Origin: a phage
Strand: one strand, 5' to 3'
Length of the DNA stretch: 64,000 bases
Sequence record: PZ583743.1
Below the pieces are notes generated by a model. The model was not told the origin of the DNA. It searched no databases and was given only the letters and a program-made list of their open reading frames with translations. The translations under genes and the position numbers were made by a program. Of this stretch, positions 27,925 to 39,023 are shown piece after piece (position 1 is the stretch's first letter; every line of letters begins with the position of its first letter).

Positions 27925-28470
27925 TTAATTCAAAATAGCTACCACCGCACTACGAGGTACTACACTAAAATCTCCTGCATGGACAACGTTCAGAAGCTCA
28001 ACACCATCTTCAATCCACTGGTCTGTTACCCAACCACAGATAGGATTATCAAAAGGACGACGGATAGACACAGCAGCACACAACAGGTCTGTAGGGTCTT
28101 GTTCTTCAACTTCTTGGAACAGGATGAACTCATCTTCATAAACCAGGTTTTTCTTTATTTTGTTATTATCTAACCGGCGACCGTGGATGACGTAAGATTT
28201 GTCAAACCACTCACTTTTGGCAAATTCTTCAACAATAAATTCGCCTTCGCCAAAAACATCCGTCAGAGTTTTATAACCAGAAATCAAGGCATTAGTTTTA
28301 ATTTCAGTTTCAACCAGTTTGTAGGTTTTGCCGATTTCAATAGCGGTAGTCATAGTAGGTTCCTTAATTTCCAGTGGTTTAACAGGGCATACATAAGTAC
28401 TTACAACGTCAAAATCAATCAGTTTAGCTGCCGGATTCGGTGTGTATTCAGGATTATAATTAAATTTCAT
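27925..28470 (-). CDS. Hypothetical protein (181 aa), paralog of the MotB-like ORF
   Basis: Shares C-terminal motif C..TDQW.EDGV.L.N with 27357..27848. Confidence 0.55.
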   Translation of the reverse strand: MKFNYNPEYTPNPAAKLIDFDVVSTYVCPVKPLEIKEPTMTTAIEIGKTYKLVETEIKTNALISGYKTLTDVFGEGEFIVEEFAKSEWFDKSYVIHGRRLDNNKIKKNLVYEDEFILFQEVEEQDPTDLLCAAVSIRRPFDNPICGWVTDQWIEDGVELLNVVHAGDFSVVPRSAVVAILN

Positions 28471-28472
28471 AA

Positions 28473-29012
28473 TTATCTCATTTCAATAAAATCTACAAGT
28501 TCAGCATGGGATTTACGGAACATTACTTGATGCCCGCCAACGATAACTTGGTCATCTGGTACTTCGTATACAGCAAGATAAAATCCTTTCGAAGCTAATT
28601 CTTCACGCTCTTCTCGTGTGAACCATCTCATCATATCATATTCGCTAGCGAAAGCAAAATGATAAAGAGCTATAAACCATCCTGGAATATGATATTCTAC
28701 TCCAACATAATCTTTCTTGAACTTAGTATTAATTACTATATTAGCGTTTTTAACTAATAGTTTATCTTCGTGTGGTAAAGGAATTCTTTTATTATTATCG
28801 CTATGATGCATAAAATTAGGTCTGTCATAACCTACGTGTAATAGCCACTCTTCGCTCCATGAATCTATTATACTCCTGTACGGCGTTATTTGAACACAAA
28901 GATTTCGACGTATTGTTATAGCATCTTCATAATCAAGAATACTAAACGATGATTCAACACGATAAATTTTCATTTTATTATCCTCAGTAGCTACGGTGTT
29001 ATAATACCACAA
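28473..29012 (-). CDS. Hypothetical protein (179 aa)
   Basis: ORF track; early promoter upstream. Confidence 0.5.
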   Translation of the reverse strand: MWYYNTVATEDNKMKIYRVESSFSILDYEDAITIRRNLCVQITPYRSIIDSWSEEWLLHVGYDRPNFMHHSDNNKRIPLPHEDKLLVKNANIVINTKFKKDYVGVEYHIPGWFIALYHFAFASEYDMMRWFTREEREELASKGFYLAVYEVPDDQVIVGGHQVMFRKSHAELVDFIEMR

Positions 29013-29036
29013 CTAACCGAGGAAGTAAACAACTTT

Positions 29037-29720
29037 TTATCGTTTTGTTGGAAGAGATAGAGGATCGCAATCTTCCTCTGATGGAGCATCTTCAAGACCC
29101 ATAGCATATCGCAAAGCGTACTTCATCATCAGGATGTCTTTCGCACAGTCATGAATAGAATCATGCGCAACGAATCCATCTAAAGTTCCTTTTGGAAGAG
29201 GACACGTGGTCATATCACGAACAAGCAGAAGTGCTTCAATTCTGGTACGAATATCACGCTGATTCCAGAATTTACATGGTTCTAACTTAAATGTGTCAAG
29301 TTCATTCTCAGAAACACCATTAAGACGTTGAATATCACGAATGAGATCGACTAAAATTGGAAAATCAAACGACATTCCACGGCACCAGCCTTGAGATTTC
29401 CAAGGATCGATATTATGTGCATTGATGTAATCATTAAATTTCGCAATACCGTCGATAGTGCTTACATCTTCATCGGACGGTGCAATATTTTTTCGAGCTT
29501 CAGGAGACTGATTTTTCCACCATTCGATAGTGCTTTTAGTAAAAAGACGATGTCCTTTTTGGCTTTTTAAATCAAATTTGATTTTAATGCCGCGTGAAAC
29601 TAATTCATCAAATGTTTCAACTACTTCTGGGTTAGGGTCAAAAGCAATTACAGCTAAATCAATAACAGCTGCTTTTTCACCACTTCCCATTGTTTCAAAA
29701 TCTATAATAAAATCAAACAT
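29037..29720 (-). CDS. dexA: DexA exonuclease A (DnaQ-like 3'-5' exonuclease)
   Basis: 227 aa as in T4; N-terminus MFDFIIDFETMG (exo I motif). Confidence 0.85.
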   Translation of the reverse strand: MFDFIIDFETMGSGEKAAVIDLAVIAFDPNPEVVETFDELVSRGIKIKFDLKSQKGHRLFTKSTIEWWKNQSPEARKNIAPSDEDVSTIDGIAKFNDYINAHNIDPWKSQGWCRGMSFDFPILVDLIRDIQRLNGVSENELDTFKLEPCKFWNQRDIRTRIEALLLVRDMTTCPLPKGTLDGFVAHDSIHDCAKDILMMKYALRYAMGLEDAPSEEDCDPLSLPTKR

Positions 29721-29962
29721 TAAATTTTCCTTGCTAAATCGCGAATTTGACCTACAGTATAATCTTGAATATAAACTTTATTAATAGGTTCATCAATAAA
29801 TTTTGCCATAGATTCAATATCTTTTTGTATTTCTTCAAGACTGTATACTATCTTTAAAGCTTTTTCGCGAATAGTAATATTTTCAGGACCCTGATTTTCT
29901 TCAATGACAGTTTTAACATTTGTCATAAGAGATTTAAACTGGTACCAACTCAATTCAATCAT
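29720..29962 (-). CDS. Hypothetical protein (80 aa), dexA.1-like
   Basis: ORF track. Confidence 0.5.
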   Translation of the reverse strand: MIELSWYQFKSLMTNVKTVIEENQGPENITIREKALKIVYSLEEIQKDIESMAKFIDEPINKVYIQDYTVGQIRDLARKI

Positions 29963-30215
29963 TAATAATCGCCTTATAAAGATAGCTAATTTCGCCTAAA
30001 ATATAATCATTGATTGTAACAGTTTTCACTTCACCACAAAAGAATTCTAACGCAATTAAATCTCGTTCAATTTCTTCTAATTGAAGCCTCAACTTACTAG
30101 ATTCTATTTTTAGAGTTTCACGATTTTTGCTATAAGCAATTTCATAAATTTCGCTTACTTTATCTTGAAGAAGATAAAACTGATCTTTAGTTATTTCCAC
30201 GAATAGCTTCCTCAA
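29955..30215 (-). CDS. Hypothetical protein (86 aa), dexA.2-like
   Basis: ORF track. Confidence 0.5.
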   Translation of the reverse strand: MRKLFVEITKDQFYLLQDKVSEIYEIAYSKNRETLKIESSKLRLQLEEIERDLIALEFFCGEVKTVTINDYILGEISYLYKAIIND

Positions 30216-30221
30216 ATTTAA

Positions 30222-31541
30222 TCATACATAAAACACATCATAACGACCACGGGTAACACCAACATAAAGAAGTTGTTGAGCCAATTCAGCATCTGCATAA
30301 TGAATACAAGGCGTATAAATGAAAGCACGGTCTACAGACATACCTTGAGCTTTGTGGAATGTTGATGCAGGAAGTGCTTTCACTTTACTAAACTGTGATT
30401 TAGCATCCCAAAAATCACTCCATGGAGCCTTTCCGCCTTTATTCCAATTTTTGTAAGTTTCTGCAGTTTTACCTAAAAATAAGTTAAACTTATACAGCTC
30501 TTCATCAGATGAAATTATTTTAATCTTTTCACGATAATATTCATCATCGCCGTAAGTTTCTACTGTTAAATCCCAATGACGAATTAGATATTCTCCAGAA
30601 ACACCACGAGCTTTAACAAACGTCGATGTATATTCTGCTTCTATAATACGAACTAATTGTCCGTTATTAAAAATAATTTCTGACACAGGCTTTCCATCAA
30701 TTTTATATGTTTTAATTAACGGTTCCTGCATTACAATAATTTCACCAACGATAAAATCTTTATCAGTTTCAAAAATCTTTTTACGAATAATGCTATTTAA
30801 CTTATCAACAGATTTATTCGTAAATGCCATTACACGATTTTCAAACAAATCATCTAGTGATTTTACGATTGAAAAATAATTTACCATAAAATCGCGTAAA
30901 GCGGTATCACCAGTAAATCCACGTACTCCATGTCCGTCAACAACTTTATCATAAATCCACTTACCGTTGCGAACATCAGTAGCTACATCAATAATAGGAG
31001 CATTACTGCGTTTAACTTCAGTGAGTTCACACTGATAAAAATCTTTGTGTGTAAAGAATGGACTGATATAAGCAGTGTTTTCTCCTGGGTCAACAGGTCT
31101 AATTTGCTTATTATCGCCTATTCCAATTATAGTACACCACGGCGGGATAGTTGAAAGCAGAATTTTAAATAGCTTTCTATCATACATTGACACTTCGTCG
31201 CAGATTAATACTCTGCATTTAGCTAAATCCGGTACTTCTTTTTGTTCAAAAAGAACGTTTTCTTCATATGTTACTGGGTTAATTTTAAGAATGCTATGAA
31301 TAGTACTTGCTTCTTTCCCTGATAGTTTTGAAAGAATCTTTTTAGCTGCATGAGTAGGAGCTGCTAAAATAATACCAGTTTCACCCGTAGATATTAAAGC
31401 TTCAATGATGAACTTAGTAAGAGTAGTCTTACCGGTACCAGCAGGTCCATTAATAGTTACATGATGTTTCTTTTCTTTAATAGCCCTCATAACGATGTTA
31501 AAGGCATTTTTCTGGCCTTCTGTCAAATCATCAAATGTCAT
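30222..31541 (-). CDS. dda: Dda DNA helicase (SF1B)
   Basis: 439 aa as in T4; Walker A GPAGTGKT. Confidence 0.9.
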   Translation of the reverse strand: MTFDDLTEGQKNAFNIVMRAIKEKKHHVTINGPAGTGKTTLTKFIIEALISTGETGIILAAPTHAAKKILSKLSGKEASTIHSILKINPVTYEENVLFEQKEVPDLAKCRVLICDEVSMYDRKLFKILLSTIPPWCTIIGIGDNKQIRPVDPGENTAYISPFFTHKDFYQCELTEVKRSNAPIIDVATDVRNGKWIYDKVVDGHGVRGFTGDTALRDFMVNYFSIVKSLDDLFENRVMAFTNKSVDKLNSIIRKKIFETDKDFIVGEIIVMQEPLIKTYKIDGKPVSEIIFNNGQLVRIIEAEYTSTFVKARGVSGEYLIRHWDLTVETYGDDEYYREKIKIISSDEELYKFNLFLGKTAETYKNWNKGGKAPWSDFWDAKSQFSKVKALPASTFHKAQGMSVDRAFIYTPCIHYADAELAQQLLYVGVTRGRYDVFYV

Positions 31542-31849
31542 CGGAAAGTCCCTGCAATTGGAATACTAACAATACGCCCAGTATCTAGAATTCGTTGATA
31601 TAATCTTTGTGTATCTACATCAGGCTTAACATGTTTAACTTCTATTTTATTAAACCAAAATTTACGTGGAGTCTCAACTAATCTCGGAATTCCTTTACCT
31701 AAAGCTAGTCGATACTGCTCTTTAAGAGTGGTAAATACTTTATCAGCAATCTTCCATTCAAAAAATACAGCAGGACGATGTTCATCAAGTGGAACTGGCG
31801 CCGTAAATCCGTCTTTGTCTCGGTAAACTATCGCATATACATAAACCAT
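31538..31849 (-). CDS. Hypothetical protein (103 aa), dda.1-like
   Basis: ORF track. Confidence 0.5.
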   Translation of the reverse strand: MVYVYAIVYRDKDGFTAPVPLDEHRPAVFFEWKIADKVFTTLKEQYRLALGKGIPRLVETPRKFWFNKIEVKHVKPDVDTQRLYQRILDTGRIVSIPIAGTFR

Positions 31850-31850
31850 A

Positions 31851-32597
31851 TTATCCTCGGATAAGTTTAAAAATTGAACAATTTAGCGGGTATCCTCTTT
31901 TCAGTTTAAGTTTATCAATAAAAGACAAATTTTGATACCGCTCTACACCTTGAATAATTTTATCACACATATCATATTGCATTTCTGCTTCTGACAGCTT
32001 TTTCACAATTTTCCAATCCGAGCCTTTAAGAAGAACGTTCAATTTAACAACTTCAGCGCCTTCTGCTATGCGAGAACCATCAATACGTGCTTTAAGTGCT
32101 ACAATCGTTAGCTTAACGTCAGAGGTTTGTTTTGATTTAGAAAGCTGAGAAATGTGCTCAATTCGGTTTTCGCGTTTTTTCTGTATAGCTTTAATTTGAT
32201 TATAAGTCTTTTTGATTTTAGCCCATTTCTTTTCATCTAAATTTAGTTTATGAACTTTTTTCGCAGATGAACGACCAATTCGCAAAGCAAATAAATCACG
32301 CTTTTCAATCAACTCTTCTAAAGTATAATCAGAACGAAATGTATTATACTTTTTCTTTACTGCAATAACATTCCCTTTAATGTATCCAACGTTATTATCA
32401 AAACGTTCTAATGATAATTTCTCTCCTTCAATACGATTATCAAAAGGTTCTCCCGAGTAAGCACAAACTTTTTGATCTAAAATGTTCTTAATGTAATTGA
32501 AGTCTAAGTTAAAATCTTTAGAACGTCTTTTAGCAGATGCCTGAGTATGCTCTAGACGACGTTTAATTTTACGAATTTGGTTATTAGACAGCTTCAT
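31851..32597 (-). CDS. srd: Srd-like protein (248 aa)
   Basis: Position between dda.1 and modA and similar size to T4 Srd. Confidence 0.5.
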   Translation of the reverse strand: MKLSNNQIRKIKRRLEHTQASAKRRSKDFNLDFNYIKNILDQKVCAYSGEPFDNRIEGEKLSLERFDNNVGYIKGNVIAVKKKYNTFRSDYTLEELIEKRDLFALRIGRSSAKKVHKLNLDEKKWAKIKKTYNQIKAIQKKRENRIEHISQLSKSKQTSDVKLTIVALKARIDGSRIAEGAEVVKLNVLLKGSDWKIVKKLSEAEMQYDMCDKIIQGVERYQNLSFIDKLKLKRGYPLNCSIFKLIRG

Positions 32598-32610
32598 ATT
32601 TTTCTCACGG

Positions 32611-32647
32611 ACGGGTTAACTACTTATACTATAACATTTTTACTTCA
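32611..32647 (-). promoter_or_regulatory. Early promoter upstream of srd
   Basis: Plus-strand tatactataac...gtaaac. Confidence 0.45.
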
Positions 32648-32713
32648 GCTTGTAAACAACTTTATGAAAAATGCTTTAAAACTTTCATGGTATAATGAAT
32701 CTAAGTCCTTCCA

Positions 32714-33316
32714 TTATAGATTAAATCCTTCAAAATCAAGAGTATAGATAGTATATGTTGAATACTTTTTGTACTCATATCTATCTGCAATTCTAAATAC
32801 ACTTCCAGCTGGTATCATTACTTCTTGTTCATCTGAAACTAATTCCATATTACGATAGCGATGGCTATCCGGAAACTTAAAACTCGGACTATATTCTTTA
32901 CAACGTAAAGCTTTTATAGCATACTCCTGGAAATTAAATACCATAGGAGCTTTGAATTCAAAAATAACTTGTGTGTTGTATTCTAATCCAGAAGCAAAAT
33001 GTAGAGCTATATTTTTATCATATGAAGCTGATACTACTTTATCAAATGTAATAATATCAATTCCTTGATTTAACACTTGCTTAGTCTCAACTGGAACACC
33101 TCTCCAAAGAGGTTTATCGTTTGGAACCAAACGAGATTTGACTATTTCATTTAACCAAGAATGATCGTCTGGTTTATTAGTAATACAATGAATTAAAAGT
33201 TCAATTTCAGATAAATTAAATCCTTCAGAAAGTAATTCTTCACGAATAGAAGCACGCACCGATGCATCCATTGATTTTATTTTAAAATCTTTTAGTTGCA
33301 TTACTGAGTATTTCAT
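32714..33316 (-). CDS. modA: ModA ADP-ribosyltransferase
   Basis: 200 aa as in T4; ART-like R..S..E pattern. Confidence 0.8.
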   Translation of the reverse strand: MKYSVMQLKDFKIKSMDASVRASIREELLSEGFNLSEIELLIHCITNKPDDHSWLNEIVKSRLVPNDKPLWRGVPVETKQVLNQGIDIITFDKVVSASYDKNIALHFASGLEYNTQVIFEFKAPMVFNFQEYAIKALRCKEYSPSFKFPDSHRYRNMELVSDEQEVMIPAGSVFRIADRYEYKKYSTYTIYTLDFEGFNL

Positions 33317-33936
33317 TCAACTACCTCAATATCATAAACTTTAAATGTTCCAAATGAATCGTGTAATTTTTCTTTTGAAATAGAAGTTATTCTATACTTT
33401 CCAATTGGAATCATCCATTCTTGTTCACGCACAATCATCATTAAGTTATCAGTACGCTCTGAATCTAATCCATCAGTATCTTCATATGTATACTTAAATT
33501 CAGTATTAGGAGAAGAAAGTATAATATCGCTGATATGGTCAGAATAATTAAAAGCTTTATCAGTTTTTAAGCGAAATATTATTTCAGTGAAATACTCAAC
33601 ATAAGAAAAACCACATGCTGTGTGCAAACTAGTAGTAAATGAATCTACTCTGTTCGTTGAAAACACTTCTCCAACTTGTAAATCTTTAATGAGTTCTTTT
33701 GTCGATTTTGATATACCACGATATAGCCGATAAGGCGATTTAGTTAAATGCTTTTTAACGATTTTATTCAACTGCCGATGAAGAGCTTCATTCTTTTTGG
33801 CTTCCATACACTGCCAAAGAATTGACTGCTCAAAGTCAGTAAATTTTTCACAGACTTTTTTATACATATCATATTGAAAATCAACACTTTCAGCTTTTAT
33901 AGATAACTGTTCAACATCTGCAAGATTAATAATCAT
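33313..33936 (-). CDS. modB: ModB ADP-ribosyltransferase
   Basis: 207 aa as in T4; paralog of ModA. Confidence 0.8.
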   Translation of the reverse strand: MIINLADVEQLSIKAESVDFQYDMYKKVCEKFTDFEQSILWQCMEAKKNEALHRQLNKIVKKHLTKSPYRLYRGISKSTKELIKDLQVGEVFSTNRVDSFTTSLHTACGFSYVEYFTEIIFRLKTDKAFNYSDHISDIILSSPNTEFKYTYEDTDGLDSERTDNLMMIVREQEWMIPIGKYRITSISKEKLHDSFGTFKVYDIEVVE

Positions 33937-33961
33937 GATAGCCTCCGTATACTTCAGAAGC

Positions 33962-33992
33962 TATCATATCATCGTTAGAAAGGAAAGTAAAC
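33962..33992 (-). promoter_or_regulatory. Early promoter upstream of modB
   Basis: Plus-strand ...gtaaac with upstream -10-like element. Confidence 0.4.
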
Positions 33993-34003
33993 AACTTTTT
34001 GAA

Positions 34004-34186
34004 TTATTTTGCCCAGGGAGCCCAGGGCGGAGGGTCAAGATGGTATGAAGCTAGTTCTTCTAGAAGAGCATCTGGGGCTTCAATTCCATAATTCTGTAAT
34101 ACTATACGGTACTCTTTCTTATAATCACTAGAATCATTCTGGATATTCGTAGAATGATTATCTTCTAACATCTCAAATAAATCCAT
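34004..34186 (-). CDS. Hypothetical protein (60 aa)
   Basis: ORF track. Confidence 0.45.
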   Translation of the reverse strand: MDLFEMLEDNHSTNIQNDSSDYKKEYRIVLQNYGIEAPDALLEELASYHLDPPPWAPWAK

Positions 34187-34194
34187 ATTAATTC

Positions 34195-34665
34195 CTAGCG
34201 ATAAAAACCAAAATAACGATTAGCTTCAATAATTTTTCTTTCTTCTTCGGACATTCTCCAGCGTAGTCCAACATCAAAATGAGCCCAGACCATCTTAACA
34301 AATGCATTTATATCTTTAATATCTTCAATAATGAATGTTTTACTTTTAAAAGGTTGACTCGCTAATTTAACCTTATCATCTTCAAACAGGTCAAAAAGAC
34401 CATATTCATGAGCTCTTTTATAGCCTTTGATAGTTAAAGCCTCAGAAGAAGAAAACGGTGAATCAGTATTCTGTAAAATATCTTCAGTATGCTTTATAAT
34501 TAGAATAACATTTTCTGGATATTTTCTTTCTTTTATATCTTTAATTAAAAGATCCGGATTTTCTGCTAAAGGAATAATTAATGAGCATTTTTTATCAAGT
34601 GCATTTACTGATTTACCTTCTTTAGACATAAATTCTATTGAATAATGTTTTGCTACTTCAATCAT
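34195..34665 (-). CDS. Hypothetical protein (156 aa)
   Basis: ORF track. Confidence 0.5.
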   Translation of the reverse strand: MIEVAKHYSIEFMSKEGKSVNALDKKCSLIIPLAENPDLLIKDIKERKYPENVILIIKHTEDILQNTDSPFSSSEALTIKGYKRAHEYGLFDLFEDDKVKLASQPFKSKTFIIEDIKDINAFVKMVWAHFDVGLRWRMSEEERKIIEANRYFGFYR

Positions 34666-34822
34666 GTGATTTCCTTTTGCCTACTAATGGGCCGTCAGGA
34701 ATTTTGTTTTCCTGGATATATTTCTCATTTTCTTCCATCATTTTACTGCCAATTTTAAGAAGCAAATCCAGTGCTTCATTTGCTTTAGCCTTGGCCTCTT
34801 CTAGCGTCATATCTCTGTTCAT
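34658..34822 (-). CDS. Small ORF (54 aa) bridging two neighbours
   Basis: Manual translation [21 protein letters not shown]...; ATGA overlap upstream and ATGATTGA overlap downstream. Confidence 0.45.
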   Translation of the reverse strand: MNRDMTLEEAKAKANEALDLLLKIGSKMMEENEKYIQENKIPDGPLVGKRKSHD

Positions 34823-35022
34823 GATTTATCCCCATAGATATCTCTCATCAATTTAAGCGCTGAGCGTTCTAATTTCTTTTCTTTCTCAGCACTAATCATT
34901 GATTTCATCCATTCTTCCGATTCGTTCTGCATTTCTTTATTTGCTTGTTCAACCCAACCATCATCAATGTACATTGAGTTTGGTCTATTGAACCATTCAA
35001 ACATTTTCTTCAGAACTTTCAT
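34819..35022 (-). CDS. Hypothetical protein (67 aa)
   Basis: ORF track. Confidence 0.45.
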   Translation of the reverse strand: MKVLKKMFEWFNRPNSMYIDDGWVEQANKEMQNESEEWMKSMISAEKEKKLERSALKLMRDIYGDKS

Positions 35023-35494
35023 TTGTTTTACCTAAAACGACAGTAGAAGCATCGTCAAATTCATGAATTTTTAGCAAATTTGGATGTAAACTATTCCATA
35101 CAGAAGAAATAAAATATGATAAAGCGTCTTCACTCGCAATTATAAATTTATTTCCTTTATCTATTTTCCAACTATATAATGAATCGTACGAATAGAAAGA
35201 TAAAGGTTTATCATTATATTGTTCTGCGCTAACATTAATGTATTCGGATTTAGTAAATGCTTCAATTGCTCTAAATGGAATATTTGGTACAGTTTCAATA
35301 ATTCCGATCTTTTTAAGTTTTATTTCAGCATCTTCTGGAACTGGCATTGAAACGAAATTTTCTACGAGATACATTGGGTCACAATAACCCTTATCAATCA
35401 TTACTGCTACGGTAATTGGAACATCTTTAGCAAATGACATGCTATTACTGCTAATATACATTTCAAACAAAATCGCTTCCATAATTTTCCTCAA
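34997..35494 (-). CDS. Hypothetical protein (165 aa), possibly mrh-like
   Basis: ORF track; position. Confidence 0.45.
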   Translation of the reverse strand: MRKIMEAILFEMYISSNSMSFAKDVPITVAVMIDKGYCDPMYLVENFVSMPVPEDAEIKLKKIGIIETVPNIPFRAIEAFTKSEYINVSAEQYNDKPLSFYSYDSLYSWKIDKGNKFIIASEDALSYFISSVWNSLHPNLLKIHEFDDASTVVLGKTNESSEENV

Positions 35495-35874
35495 TCACAA
35501 GATGTAGATGAACAACTAGAATCACAAGAACTTCCACATGAATCGCCCGTCCACACATGAACAGGAACATTAGTATCATATGAATCAGAACTAGACTGTG
35601 TATTCTGCGTATTAGATGATGTAGGTGTTGACCAACGCCAAGGATTTTTATAATATTCCTGGGCTTCTTCATAAGTCATAGTAACTGCTTCTACTGTTCC
35701 ATCTCCCATATAAACATATTCAACTACAGTTAAAGGAAGGTAGTCATTTGAAATAGGAACTACACCTTCTCCGGGAGTTGTAGAGAAAAAATCCGTAAAG
35801 AAACTTTTAAACCAATTAAAGATAAACATTACAAAAAGCCTCTTTGAAATTCGACTCTTTGAAATCCACCCCAA
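35491..35874 (-). CDS. Hypothetical protein with Cys/Ser-rich C-terminal tail
   Basis: ORF track; C-terminus [18 protein letters not shown]. Confidence 0.45.
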   Translation of the reverse strand: MGWISKSRISKRLFVMFIFNWFKSFFTDFFSTTPGEGVVPISNDYLPLTVVEYVYMGDGTVEAVTMTYEEAQEYYKNPWRWSTPTSSNTQNTQSSSDSYDTNVPVHVWTGDSCGSSCDSSCSSTSCD

Positions 35875-36041
35875 TCAGTGTATCGCATTTCAGCATTGAA
35901 CTCGACTGAACCATCTGCATGCATCATGAATGAATGCGTGACGATATCACAATCCCAGCTTTTCATACCCCATTTATCAGAGATAGCTTTATCAAGAACC
36001 TTCTGGAGGTCTTCATTTGGTTTAATCCAGCGATTTAACAT
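35829..36041 (-). CDS. Hypothetical protein (70 aa)
   Basis: ORF track; early promoter upstream. Confidence 0.45.
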   Translation of the reverse strand: MLNRWIKPNEDLQKVLDKAISDKWGMKSWDCDIVTHSFMMHADGSVEFNAEMRYTDWGGFQRVEFQRGFL

Positions 36042-36067
36042 AGTGCTCTCCTCTATAAGATAATTTT

Positions 36068-36097
36068 ATTATACCATACTCATTTTGGAAAGTAAAC
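36068..36097 (-). promoter_or_regulatory. Early promoter (GTTTAC-18-TATAAT)
   Basis: Plus-strand attata...gtaaac. Confidence 0.55.
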
Positions 36098-36106
36098 CGG
36101 TAAAAT

Positions 36107-36132
36107 GAAAAAAGGACTCCCGAAGGAGTCCT
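36107..36132 (-). terminator. Rho-independent terminator after soc (AGGACUCC-UUCG-GGAGUCCU + U-run)
   Basis: 8-bp stem with UUCG loop followed by UUUUUU on the minus strand. Confidence 0.7.
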
Positions 36133-36137
36133 TGAAT

Positions 36138-36383
36138 TTATTCACCAGTTACTTTCCACAAATCTTCGTTTGCAGTAATCCATTCAGTACGTTGATTTTC
36201 TTCATATACTGTAGAATATGCTGCTTTTTCTGAAGGGAATATCTGATAATGAGCGCCAGAAATTTTGTGAACGTCAGAATAAAGAGGGAAAGCTACAGAA
36301 ATTTCCTTTCCTTCAATTTTCTTATTTCCATCTAATTTTTGCTCAAATGTTTTAATATTAACATAACCGCGAGTACTAGCCAT
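36138..36383 (-). CDS. soc: Soc small outer capsid protein
   Basis: 81-codon ORF; MASTRGYVNIKTFEQKLDGNKKIEGKEISVAFPLYSDVHKISGAHYQ matches recalled T4 Soc. Confidence 0.9.
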   Translation of the reverse strand: MASTRGYVNIKTFEQKLDGNKKIEGKEISVAFPLYSDVHKISGAHYQIFPSEKAAYSTVYEENQRTEWITANEDLWKVTGE

Positions 36384-36412
36384 GTAATTCTCCTTTATTT
36401 AAATTACATGAC

Positions 36413-36420
36413 TATTTATA
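36413..36420 (-). promoter_or_regulatory. Late promoter TATAAATA (minus strand) for soc
   Basis: Plus-strand tatttata ~30 nt upstream of soc ATG. Confidence 0.6.
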
Positions 36421-36604
36421 ATAAATTCTTGCGGAACGTTAAAATACCCAATTTTAGTTAATATAACAACATCACCGTTAATAATTACCGGAGAATAATC
36501 GGCTGGAGCATTAAACTTCCAATGAGCTCTAATATTATATCCATCAGAACCAAATGCTCAACTAGCCGGTCTCCCGGCTTTTTGCCATGCATAAAAATCA
36601 AATT

Positions 36605-36805
36605 TCATTTTGAATGCTCTATAATTAATTTTAAGGCTTCTTCATGCACCTTACCTAATTGTATATGTCCAGTTTTAATTGTGTAAGCTTTGTGGAGCTG
36701 ATTAGATAGGAGCTCGTATGTGAGCTCCTTGTCATAATTTTTAAATAGCTGGTCAATACGTTTCTTGTGGGCTTTCTTAAGTTGACGTTTATTTAAACGA
36801 GCCAT
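36605..36805 (-). CDS. Hypothetical basic protein (66 aa) between 56 and soc
   Basis: ORF track; stop/start overlap with gene 56. Confidence 0.5.
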   Translation of the reverse strand: MARLNKRQLKKAHKKRIDQLFKNYDKELTYELLSNQLHKAYTIKTGHIQLGKVHEEALKLIIEHSK

Positions 36806-37323
36806 TAATAACCTCGGTCTTGACGAGCGAAGTTTTCAGCATTTTTCAGATAATAAAGTTTAAAGATTTCTTCAGCCGTAAGACCGAGACCTTGGAACAT
36901 GTTCAGAACGAAATGAAGAATATCAATCATTTCGAATTTAATTTCCAACTGGTCTTGTGGAGACAAATCAGTAATCAGAGTTTCACGTCGTTCACCATGT
37001 TGAGCTTTCCAAGGCTTCCATACAGCAGATGCATCTTTTTCACCATTGCTCATACCACCAAGAGAAGTCAATAGTTCGCGGAATTCATCATCAATATAAT
37101 CTTTCTGATTACGCAGCCAATCAACAACTTCACCCGCAGTAGCCAAATCATCAGGATGACGGTTATATTCAGGTTTATCTTTAGCTAAACGAACCTGTAG
37201 AGATTTCTGCATATCAAGCATAACCTGCAGCGGGTCTTTTTCATCACCGAGAATATCCCAGTATTCATTTTGAGCTTTATCAGCGCCTTCGATCAGTTGA
37301 CTACATTCGTTAAAGTAAGCCAT
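36805..37323 (-). CDS. 56: gp56 dCTPase / dUTPase (MazG-like)
   Basis: ATG at 37323 gives 172 aa MAYFNECSQLIEGADKAQNEYWDILG; T4 gp56 is 171 aa. Confidence 0.85.
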   Translation of the reverse strand: MAYFNECSQLIEGADKAQNEYWDILGDEKDPLQVMLDMQKSLQVRLAKDKPEYNRHPDDLATAGEVVDWLRNQKDYIDDEFRELLTSLGGMSNGEKDASAVWKPWKAQHGERRETLITDLSPQDQLEIKFEMIDILHFVLNMFQGLGLTAEEIFKLYYLKNAENFARQDRGY

Positions 37324-37383
37324 TATTTTTCCTTTCAATTCATTAATAAGTTAAATAATTATATCATTTGAGTATGTAAGCAA

Positions 37384-38723
<1,340 letters not shown>

Positions 38724-38746
38724 TATATCATCCTCAGCAATTTATT

Positions 38747-38777
38747 TTATAATACCATAACAAGCTGAGAAAGTAAA
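38747..38777 (-). promoter_or_regulatory. Early promoter upstream of the 186-aa ORF / dam operon
   Basis: Plus-strand ataatacc...gtaaac. Confidence 0.45.
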
Positions 38778-38822
38778 CAAATTTATGAAATTTGTGATAA
38801 ATATTAATTTAAAGGAGGACAT

Positions 38823-39023
38823 ATGGCACAAAAATTAATGGCACTTGTTAATGCCATCAAAGGTAATAAGAAACGTATAGCTTTTACTATTTCTGCTATG
38901 GTAGGAATTTTACTCTGGAACTTTATTTTATCACCAATTGCAATTGCGCATGGTGTTAATATTCCAGTAGTTACTCTTGATACATTCGTAGATCTAGCAT
39001 TTGCTTTAGTTGGGTTAATTTAA
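38823..39023 (+). CDS. Small membrane protein (66 aa) on the opposite strand
   Basis: Strong SD AAAGGAGGA 6 nt before ATG; hydrophobic segments; sits in a gap between convergent minus-strand genes. Confidence 0.5.
   Translation: MAQKLMALVNAIKGNKKRIAFTISAMVGILLWNFILSPIAIAHGVNIPVVTLDTFVDLAFALVGLI

Noticed and set aside
31851-32597. Possible HNH homing endonuclease in the srd slot
   Set aside because: There are only a few cysteines and no clear HNH or GIY-YIG motif; size and position fit Srd, so it is kept as an Srd-like call at moderate confidence.
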